A DNA stretch of 64,000 nt, from positions 72,416,001-72,480,000 of the forward strand of contig CM059426.1 of assembly GCA_030390025.1 (NCBI GenBank). Direction: 5' to 3'. This document shows positions 50,004 to 59,789 of the stretch, piece by piece. A program made the position numbers and the translations under genes. The stretch comes from Squalus acanthias (Eukaryota). Numbering within the stretch: position 1 is the first letter of the stretch; each line of letters begins with the position of its first letter. The notes under the pieces were generated by a model, which saw only the letters and a program-made list of their open reading frames with translations, was not told the DNA's origin and searched no databases.

Positions 50004-51044
50004 TGACTGTGAGCAAATGTTGTGACCAGAAGCCTTTAAATAAGAATGAAGGCGTACTCCACTTGCTCCAACACTCCCTGTCACCTTAGGACCTTGAAAG
50101 AAGTTTAGAATGCTGCTGGATTTGCAGAAAGTTCCACAGAGCCAGTCAAACTGAAGAAACATATCAGCTGCAAGTAGTTGCTGATGATCCCTTTTAATAG
50201 TGCTGCTGGAGCCTCCTTCCTGCTTGTCAACGCTTGGTCACAGTTAAGGCATGCCGGTAAGTGGAGCGGCAAAGTTCAAAATGGCAGATCGGGTGTCAAG
50301 TGAGCGTTGCACACTCACTGAAGTCACGATCTGCATCATTTACATAATTTATTGCGAACGCGGACATCGGTAGCACAGCTGGCCAGCCAAAAATTGAGGC
50401 CGCTGCGGGACCCACCGGCAACGGGTCGGCCGTCAATTTTTTCCACGAATTGGGCAGTAACAGCTGGCGCTATACCTCCGAATATTTAGCCCACAGTATC
50501 CCATTGGCTTTTCTTGTGGTGTTTTCTATATGCACTGCCACCTTTAAAGATCTGTGGGAGAAATTTTGAAGCTGCCCACTGGGCAGAAATGGGGCAATGC
50601 TGTGCATGCTACGCCCAGTTCCAGCTGGCAATCCAGCTGTAGAAGAGCCCAAAAGGTCAGTTTTTATTTATTTTTGTGGGACCAAGACAAGCAGGACTCC
50701 TGTCGGCACTATCAGCTAGCCAGCCAGCAGGCTCTGCAAACCACAATGAGGGAAAATCTACCCCTGTGTATCTGCATGTCTAGATCTCTCAATCTCTTAG
50801 TTCCTCTACTTAAGTCTTATACTCATTACCCCTGCAATTCCCGCGATTTGTTCAATCTGTGACAGTCTTATTTGATGGGCCAAGAAGCCCCATGCGTGGC
50901 TTTTGGGAGAGCAAATGTCTGCACTGCACTGTGGGGTCAGTGGGACCTTTTTCCTAAAACCGCCTACCCCCAAACGGGTTCCCACCGAGAGCCCTCTAAA
51001 ATTATGTAAATTAAGCTGACTCCAGATGCTAGACTGGAACCTCA

Positions 51045-51936
51045 GGGGGAAAAATTCAGTTTCGCCCCGTTTGGGGCGCAATTATCGGCCGGGTGCAAAG
51101 ATTAGCGCCTGGCGCTAATTATCGCTTCCGACTGCAAACTTCACTTTTATCGCCCCTGGAGGTGATTGGAGCGCTAAATCAGGCACTACACATCTGTCTT
51201 AAGGCGCAAAGGCCGAGGAGCGAGGCGCTACCTCAGAGCGCTGGCGAAGCTCATGTGATGTCAGTCAGCAATGGAACACAGACACAATGGCCCCGGCCAG
51301 TTCTTAAAGGGGAGGGTTGATCTTGCTTTCCATCCACATCCTGCTCATTGCAGCCTTGAATCTCGGCCTGGAGAGACCTGTACATCAAATCTGCTGGAAA
51401 GAACAATGGAGAGGCCCAGGGAAAGAGCTCAGAGTGCAGCCCCCACAGTCTCTTCTAAATCGATATAAGGAAGGGCAAATCAAAGTGAACCTGCAAAGTG
51501 CTGCTCAGTACCTAAAACTCCTTCACACAGCGTTGAATCTCTCCAGAAGTCTCTCTCTCTCTCTCTCAGAATGCGTGGTTCAAAAATGTCGCCAACAAAA
51601 AAAGCAGGAAGCGGTCGCCTTTAAATAGCGCTCCCCCAGTCCCTTCCTGACTGCAAAACGCTCCCCTCAACCTGTCGTTGCTAGCGGCAGGCAGTAAGGC
51701 AGGGGGCGCCACTCAATATCCGCTCCATGGCACTACCGGGATGTTGCGCACTCGACTGACGTCACGATCTGCCAGCACAGGAGATCGTGGCGGTACTGTT
51801 TAGCGCCGCCGCAAAATGTCTAGTTAATTTCGCGAGTGGTGCAAACATCGCCGCGCCCGGGCGCTAGTTGCTTTGCGCCCCATTAGCGCCCTCTTAAGGC
51901 GCTAACAGGAGGCGCAACCAACTGAATTTTTCCCCC
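51045..51936. mobile_element. Harbinger deletion-derivative MITE (892 bp)
   Basis: Perfect 17-bp TIR GGGGGAAAAATTCAGTT; TCA duplication; internal blocks similar to both ends of 46534-50492. Confidence 0.88.
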
Positions 51937-54007
51937 TCAGTCTCTCACTAGATCACCACCTTGAGCAAGTTTCAATAGAACTGATGTGGTCAAATCTGGT
52001 TTAGATATGGAGGCACCACACTGGAATTTTGTATTGTATTCATGCCATTGTGAGTATAAATATGCCATGAAAATCTAACAAAAATATATGTATTGAATTC
52101 TTTTAGCCGCAACTTGGTGCTATTTTAATTCTGATCACACTCTTTCTTCATAGCACTTTGCAAAAAAGATGCACCATGGTAGATGAGGGCTGAATACGGT
52201 AATGTCTCTATGTCATAGCAAAATGCATTTGCATCATGAAACGCAACACCATACATTATATTTTTGCAATAATGCAAATGGAATTGAATTGAGCCCGTCA
52301 TGATTTTGAATAACCTGGAAACAGAACTATAATAATTTAAGATACAAACTTCGTAATAAAAGAAGTTGAAGGAAATAACCAGCATATCCATATTCATGGT
52401 ATCTTGCATATGCTCTGCAAATCATAGATTTCAGTAATAGAGAAGAGAAGCTTTGTATATGTATCATAACTGAATAAGCAATAGCAGATTAACATATGGC
52501 AGGTTTTGAGTTATCTGAAACTTTTAACTGTGATTCACACAAGTTGCATATACAGAAGATGCCACCATGTGGACATTGCTTGTGTAGCACTGTCGAATTG
52601 AAGGAGAAAGCACAGTAAATTCAAAAACGTATGAATTTTCTCTCATGTTGCAATAGTCGCGGATTATAAAATTTTAACTGTGCCAGATTAATTTTTGATT
52701 AAAAAACTAAATTAAACGAAACAAACGATAGTGAAAGAGTGAACCGCAATAATCATTCAGGATCCCCTCTGGAATCTTCAAAATATCATCATTTTTAGCA
52801 CTATATGTATCCAAATCAGCATCAGCTGCTATAATTAACCTGTAACACACAGTATAACCCACAAAGTATAGTAATTTATTTTAAGAAATCATAGGGCAAC
52901 TAAGTGGTTGACAGAGTAAACAGAACCTGCCATTCATTCACAGCATTTACAATCCATTATAAACCATAATGGTTCCCAGGTTAACATAATCCTGATATTT
53001 TAATATGATGGTGAAATATGGCTTAAGAAAAACATGACACTCTAAAATCAGGGTAAGAGTTTAATACGGAAATTATATAGTTTTAACTTTCCCCCATGTT
53101 TTATCACCCTGAAAATTATTATGTTTATGTAATGGTTAATGATGCAGTACTTGAACTAACTACATTATATTGATTTTATTTTTCAATACAATTAATTTCC
53201 TAATGTTCCAACGAATTGCCTTGCTATCTGTTATGAGATAAAGCACAGAAGGATCACTTTAATTTAAAATGGAGCCAAATTAAATGCTTCCAGTTTTTTG
53301 TGTGTGAGTATTTACACAGGAGCTTAACTAGTGTTTACATTGCATGACATTTGACATCATGCATTGTGATGCAGAGGAAAGCCACCCTCTGGCACAACAG
53401 GAAGGGAAAACCAAATAAGCTTCTGACAGTGGCGACAGAAGTTCTTGACGACTAGAACACCACAGTTGACAACGTCACCATTCAGCACTAGCAGGGAGAG
53501 ATTTCCACATTTTAGACCAGCAATTCAGTTATGTACAGTCACTAATCATTTCTCTTGGATTTTACAGCACAGACCTTCAAGTCTGTTCAGCAAAATTCAA
53601 TGACCAACAAAATACACAAGAATACTAGAAAGTATGCAATTGTGATCTGTGGTGATTTACTCATCCATATTCTCTTCATCCATATGGGGAAGTCCATGCT
53701 CTGTTTGACAGCTTCCCCACTGGTATAAAGGAGATTGGGAACGTGCTCCTTGGAGAATTAAATTCCTGAACTGAATCCTAAACTCTATGGCAAGAGTCAT
53801 TGGGGTTCCACTGCACTGTCACTACAAGTACATATTTAGGGGTCCCTTCCTGCTACTGGAATAATTGGGAAACAACAATTCTTCAAATCTATCTTGCGAT
53901 TGGTGTAATAACAGCACCAGCATTTGATGGTAAGGTCCAATAAGGACTTAATCCAAGTCGCAAAAGTCACTCTCAGCTCTGCAGAAGAGATGTACTCATC
54001 TAGTTTA

Positions 54008-55315
54008 ATCGCAAAATACTGCGATGCTGGAAATCCGAAATAACAACAGAAAACGCTGGAAAAACTCAGCAGACGAGGTAGCATCCGTGGAGAGAGAAAC
54101 AGAGTTAACGTTTCAGGTCGAAGACCTTTCATCAGAACTGGAAAAAAGCAGGAAATTGAATAGATTTAAAAGCAGGTTTAGGGGCGGGGAAATGGGGGAG
54201 GGGATGAAAGAACAAAAGGGAAGGTCAGTGATAGGATAGAAAGCATGATGTGGAGATGCCGGCGTTGGATAGAAAGCAGGAGAGATTAAGAGACATTGAG
54301 AGATATTCAAGACAAGAGGAGGTGGTAATGGGACAGGTTGAGGAACAAAGGATGGCTCTAGATGAAGTGTGAATTGCGCTGGCAGAATGAAGGACAGCTG
54401 CCATGTGGGAGGGAAGAAAAAAGACCAAACAAAAAGTGTGGATAAAAAAATATATATATATATGTGATAGGGGCCGAGGTTATGATCTGAAATTGTTGAA
54501 CTCTATGTTGAGTCCAGAGGGCTGTAGAGTGCCTAATCGGAAGATGAGGTGCTGTTCCTTGAGCTTACGCTGAGCTTCTGTGGAACAATGCAAGAGGCCG
54601 AGGACGGTGAGGTCTGAGTGGGAGTGAAGCGGTGAATTAAAGTGACAGGCCACCGGGAGCTCGGGGTCCCCCTTACGGACTGAAAGGAGGTGTTCCACAA
54701 AGCGGTCACCCAATCTGCGTTTGGTCTCCCCAATGTAGAGGAGACCACATTGTGAGCAGCGAATACAGTATACTAAATTGCAAGAAGTAAAAGTAAATCG
54801 CTGTTTCACCTGGAAGGGGTGTTTGGGGCCCTGGACAGTGGGAAGCGGGGAGGTATAAGGGCAAGTGTTGCATCTCCTGCGCTTGCACGGGAAGGTGCCG
54901 GGTGAAGTGGAAGGGGTGCTGGGGGTGGTAGAGGAGTGGACTAGGGTGTCGCGGAGGGAGCGGTCCCGACGGAATGCTGAAAGAGGAGGTGAGGGGAAGA
55001 TGCGTTTGGTGGTGGGATCACACTGGAGGTGGCGGAAATGGCAGAGAATGATACGTTGAATGTGGAGGCTGGTGGGGTGAAAGGTGAGGACAAGGGGAAC
55101 CCTATCGTGATTCCGGGAGGGAGGGGCAGGGGTGAGAGTAGAAGTGCGGGAGATAGAACGGACATGGTCGAGGGCCGTGTCAACCACCGTAGAGGGGAAT
55201 CCTCGGTTGAGGAAAAAGGAAGACATGTCAGAAGCACTGGTATGGAAGGTGGCATCATCAGAGCAGATGCGGCGGAGACGGAGAAACTGGGAGAATGGAA
55301 TAGAGTCCTTACAGG
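54008..55315 (-). mobile_element. 5'-truncated Penelope-like element (GIY-YIG endonuclease plus terminal repeat)
   Basis: ORF 54480-55226: CKRRRCNTC, NLVYCIRCSQCGLLYIGET, EH..HF, GLN; upstream IPFSQFLRLRRICS; hammerhead-bearing terminus. Confidence 0.9.
54103..54139 (-). ncRNA. Minimal type I hammerhead ribozyme (Penelope-associated)
   Basis: Minus strand AGTT-CTGATGA-A-AGGTC-TTC-GACCT-GAAAC-GTT-AACT: both core boxes, 5-bp stem II, stem I AGTT/AACT, loopless palindromic stem III. Confidence 0.7.
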
Positions 55316-55596
55316 TGTTTTAATGTTTCTGAAAGATGAAGTTTTATTGAATTCAGAATTTTATTATTTCCATATAGTTGTATATCTAAAGAGCATTGAC
55401 ATCAGGAATATATGGCTTGCAAGTTATAAATTTCTACAACCAGTGCTTAGGTAGCAAGAGGAATCGGATTTGCAAGAATTCCATACTGTTAAGTTATTTA
55501 AGGGCCGCTTCAGTAGTGCAGTATTCATACAAAAACAATTCTGTGATGATTGTATCTTTAAAAGTCTATGAAAGTATTTGAAGTGACCTTTCTAAA

Positions 55597-58083
55597 AAAG
55601 AAAGACTTACACAACCTCAGGACGTCCCAAAGCTCAGGACGAGTTCATGGAATACATTCGGGACAGTTTGCTAGAACAATACGTCATGGAATCAGCCAGG
55701 GAACAGGCTATTCTAGATATTGTATTGTGTAATGAGACAGGGTTAATTAGCAATCTCATAGTAAAGGATCCTCTGGGGCAGAGTGATCATAATATGATAG
55801 AATTTCACATTAAGTTTGAGAGTGACTTGCCTAAGTCCGAAACTAGAGTCTTAAACTTAAATAAAACCAATTACATAGGTATGAGGGGCGAGTTGGCTAA
55901 GGTAGATTGGAAAAATAGATTAAAAGGTATGGTGGTAGATAAGCAGTGGCCAGCATTTAAAGAAATATTTCATAATTCTCAACAAAAATACATTCTATTG
56001 AGAAACAAAAACTCCACAAGAAAAGTGATCCATCCGTGGCTAACTAAAGAAGGATAATATTAGATTGAAAGAAGAAGCTTATAATGTTGCGAAGAATAGT
56101 AGTACTCCTGAGGATTGGGAGAGTTTCAGAAACCAGCAAAGGATGACCAAAAAATTGATAAAAAGGGAAAAAATAGAATATGAGAGAAAACTAGCAAGAA
56201 ATAAAGAAACAAATTGTAAGAACTTCTACAAGTATGTAAAAAAGGAAGAGAGTTGCAAAAGTAAACGTTGGTCCCTTAGAGGCTGAGACAGGAGAAATTA
56301 TTATGGGGAATAAGGAAATGGCAGAAACGTTAAACAAATATTTTGTATCTGTCTTCACAGTAGAAGACACAAAATGCATACCAAAAATGGTGGGGAACCA
56401 AGGGTTTAATGAGGGTGAGGAACTTAACATAATTAATATAAGTAGAGAAAAAGTACTAGAGAAACTAATGGGACTAAAAGCCGACAAATCCCCATGACCT
56501 GATGGCCTACATCCTAGGGTTCTAAAAGAGGTGGCTGAAGAGATAGTGGATGCATTGGTTGTGATCTTCCAAAATTCCCTAGATTCTAGAACGGTTCCAG
56601 CAGATTGGAAGGTAGCAAATGTAACACCGCTATTCAAGAAAGGAGGGAGAGAGAAAACAGGGAACTACAGGCCAGTTAACCTGACATCAGTCATTGGAAA
56701 AATGCTGGAATCCATTATTAAGGAAGTGGTATCAAGGCACTTAGAAAATCATAACATGATTAGGCAGAGTCTACATGGTTTTATGAAAGGGGAATCGTGT
56801 TTGGCAAATTTATTAGAGTTTTTTGAGGATGTAACTAGCAGGGTAAATAAAGGGGAACCAGTGGATGTAGTATATTTGGATTTCCAAAAGGCATTCGATA
56901 AGGTGCCACATAAAAGGTTATTACACAAGATAAGGGCTCATGGGGTTGGGGGTAATATAGTAGCATGGATAGAGGATTGGTTAACGGACAGAAAACAGAG
57001 TAGGGATAAACGGGTCTTTTTCAGGTTGGCAGGCTGTAACTAGTGGGGTGCCGCAAGGATCAGTGCTGGGGCCTCAGCTATTTACAATCTATATTAATGA
57101 TGAAGGGACCAAGTGTAATGTATCCAAGTTTGCTGATGATACAAAGCTAGGTGAGACAGTAAGCTGTGAGGAGAACAAGAGTCTGTAAAGGGATATAGAT
57201 AGACTAAGTGAATGGGCAGTAAGGTGGCAGATGGCGTATAATGTAGGGAAATGTGAGCTTATTCACTTTGGTAGGAAGAATAGAAAAACAATATACTTTT
57301 AAATGTTGGTGTTCAGAGAGATTTGGGTGTCCTTGTGCAAGAAACACAGAAAGCTAGCATGCAGGTACAGCAAGCAATAAGGAAGGCAAATGACATGTTG
57401 GCCTTTATTGCAAGGGGGTTGGAGTATAAGAGTAAGGCAGTCTTGCTACAGGGCCTTGGTGAGACCACACCTGGAGAACTGTGCAGTTTTGGTCTCCTTA
57501 TCTAAGGAAGGATATACTTGTCTTGGAGGTGGTGTGACGAAGGTTCACTAGATTGATTCCTGGGATGAGAGGGCTGTCCTATGATGAGAGATTGTATAGA
57601 ATGGGCCTATACTCTCTGGAGTTTAGAAGAATGAGAGGTGATCTCATTGAAACATACAAGATTCTGAAGGGGATTGGCAGGGTAGATGCTGAGAGGTTGT
57701 TTCCCCTGGCTGGAGTGTCTAGAACTAGGGGGCATAGTCTCAGGATAAGCGGTAGGCCATTTAAGTCCGAGATGAGGAGGAATTTCTTCACTCAGAGGGT
57801 TGTGAATCCTTGGAATTCTCTGCCCCAGAGGGCTGTGAATGCTGAGTCTTTGAGTATATTCAAGGCTGAGATAGATAGATTTTTGGACTCTAGGGGAATC
57901 AAGGGATATGGAGATCCGGCGGGAAAGTGAAGTTGAGGTCGATGATCAGCCATGATCTTATTGAATGGCAGAGCAGGCTCGAGGGGCCGTATGGCCTATT
58001 CCTGCTCCTATTTCTTATGTTCTTAAAGCGCTTTACAGCCAATGAAGTACTTTTGAAATGTAGTCACTGTTGTAATGTAGGAA
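55597..58083 (-). mobile_element. DeuSINE 3' tail fragment (55597-55633 plus 58025-58083), split by a CR1
   Basis: 'aagaaagactt...acaacctcaggacgtcccaaagc' continues as 'aaagcgctttacagccaatgaagtacttttg'. Confidence 0.7.
55634..58024 (+). mobile_element. 5'-truncated CR1 LINE
   Basis: ORFs 55647-56057, 56303-56497, 56531-57043, 57553-57930; tail TTCTTATGTTCTT; AAAGC at both junctions. Confidence 0.9.
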
Positions 58084-58244
58084 AATAAAGAAATTGATGG
58101 TGGATTTATGTCTTAGTCAACATCCTTGCTACTATTATCTAGCCACTGCCTGCTTTAATCTCGGTACAATTCCAACTAGAGGCAGCCTGTTGTATCACAG
58201 GAACATAGAAACATAGGAAAATACAGGACTGGAAAAGACTCTAT

Positions 58245-58941
58245 GGGGGAAAAATTTGGTTGGTTTGCACCTTTCGTTAGCGCCCCTGCAGAGCAGTGCC
58301 CTGCGTGGCGCCGCTAACACCACTCGCGAAATTCAGCGGGAGGTTAGTGGCGGCGGTAGTTGGTAGCGCCCCGCGGCGCTGTGCTGCCAACAATGATGTC
58401 ATCGCCGTGCACCGTACCCCGGCCTCAAACTTCCCTTGCGCCCCCTTAACCTATCGCCGGACGATATGTCCGACAGGATCAGGGGGTGTTTTTGCAGCGG
58501 CGGCGCTACTTAAAGGGCAGGTGTTGGGCGGCCATTTTTATTTTGGCCGACTGCCAGCACCTGCCCCCATTCCCTTTTTTATGCAGGATGCTGGCTGCGA
58601 TCGCTCAGCCTGGCACTCCTCTGAGTGGCAGGCTGTTTTCACGGCACCCCACTCCCCGGTGATCCAGCAGGGCCCTGGTGCGCAGAGCGCTAGGCCACTC
58701 CTTTCATCGGGGGGGGGGGGGGCTGCAGTGCCGCCGCGCGTGGCGCTGTTGCACGTAGTACCGCAAACTTCAGTAGTAGCGCCCCAAGAAGGAGGTGCCT
58801 TGCTTCCAGTAGTGCCCCACCTATTGCTTGGGGCGCTACTACTGAATTTACGGCGGAGGGGCGCTAACTTTATCGGGCCGCTAAAATTAGCGCCCCGGCG
58901 ACGTTAGCGCCCTAAAAGGGGCACCACCCAATTTTTACCCC
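58245..58941. mobile_element. GC-rich Harbinger-like MITE (697 bp)
   Basis: TIRs GGGGGAAAAATTTGGTTGG / GGGGTAAAAATTGGGTGG; TAT duplication; many TAGCGCCCC / GGGGCGCTA motifs. Confidence 0.82.
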
Positions 58942-59299
58942 TATAGTTCATCTGGACAGTCCCAAAATCTCTCAATCGCCCACTCCTCTAAATTTCTCCC
59001 CACTGTCTGCTCACAGGGCCTCACTGGGCAGTCCATTCCACACAATCACCACCCTCAGCATAAAATGGTTAAATCTAAACTGTCTGTGTACCTTCCCTCT
59101 CCTAAGCTTGAGCCTGTCTTATCTGGTTCTAGATGTTTGTGGCAATCTCAAACATATTGTCAGCGTTCAAAATATCTATTTCCTTAAGAATGTTAAATAC
59201 TTGAATAATATCTTCCCTGAGCATTCTCTTCTCTAGAGTAAACAATTCCAGGCTCTTCAACCTCTCCTCATAGCTCAGATGTAAGGTATAAGTTTGGTT

Positions 59300-59635
59300 C
59301 GGAGTGTGCCGTCTTTCGGATGAGACGTTAAATCGAGGCCCCATCTATCCTCTCAGGTGGACGTAAAAGATCCCAAGGCACTATTTCGAAGAAGAGTAGG
59401 GGAGTTATCCCCAGTATCCTGGCTAATATTTATCCCTCAACCAACATAACAAAAACAGATTATCAGGTCATTATCACATTGCTGTTTGTGGGACCTTGCT
59501 GTGCGCAAATTGGCTGCCGCGTTTCCCACATTACAACAGTGACTCCACTTCAAAAAGTACTTCATTGGCTGTAAACGCTTTGAGACGTCCGGTGGTCGTG
59601 AAATGTGCTATATAAATGCAAGTCTTTCTTTCTTT
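59300..59635 (+). mobile_element. 5'-truncated DeuSINE
   Basis: Deu core GTGCCGTCTTTCGGATGAGACGTTAAATCGAGGCCCC...CAGGTGGACGTAAAAGATCCC and tail TATATAAATGCAAGTCTTTCTTTC. Confidence 0.88.
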
Positions 59636-59789
59636 TCCCCTCTTCTGCACTGCCTTGAATGCCAGGATATCTTCGTTGTCGTACAGAAAACAGATTTTTA
59701 CACGGTACTCCAGGTGGGCCATACTAGTGCCTTGTAGAGATTCATTATCATCTCCAGGGATTTCTGCACGAACCCTCTGGCCATATATA

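Larger units (their letters stand above)
46534..50492. mobile_element. Complete but decayed PIF/Harbinger DNA transposon (3959 bp)
   Basis: Termini GGCCTAGAAATTGG / GGGCTAAATATTCG; ACA duplication at 46531-46533 and 50493-50495; convergent Myb/SANT-like and HARBI1-like genes inside. Confidence 0.85.
46040..50555 (-). mobile_element. Old CR1 3' fragment (46040-46533 plus 50493-50555), split by the Harbinger element
   Basis: 'cagaactgacacaatattccaactgtggcttaaccaatgtc' on the left and 'gtatcccattggctttt...gccacctttaaagatctgtgg' on the right read as one CR1. Confidence 0.65.

Noticed and set aside
52125-52409. 94-aa ORF with an acceptor-like site at ~52315, considered as an exon of a neighbouring gene such as CENPK
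   Set aside because: No resemblance to any protein I recognise in the frames examined and no partner exons.
58296-58907. 203-aa ORF
   Set aside because: Lies wholly inside a GC-rich MITE; no recognisable motifs.
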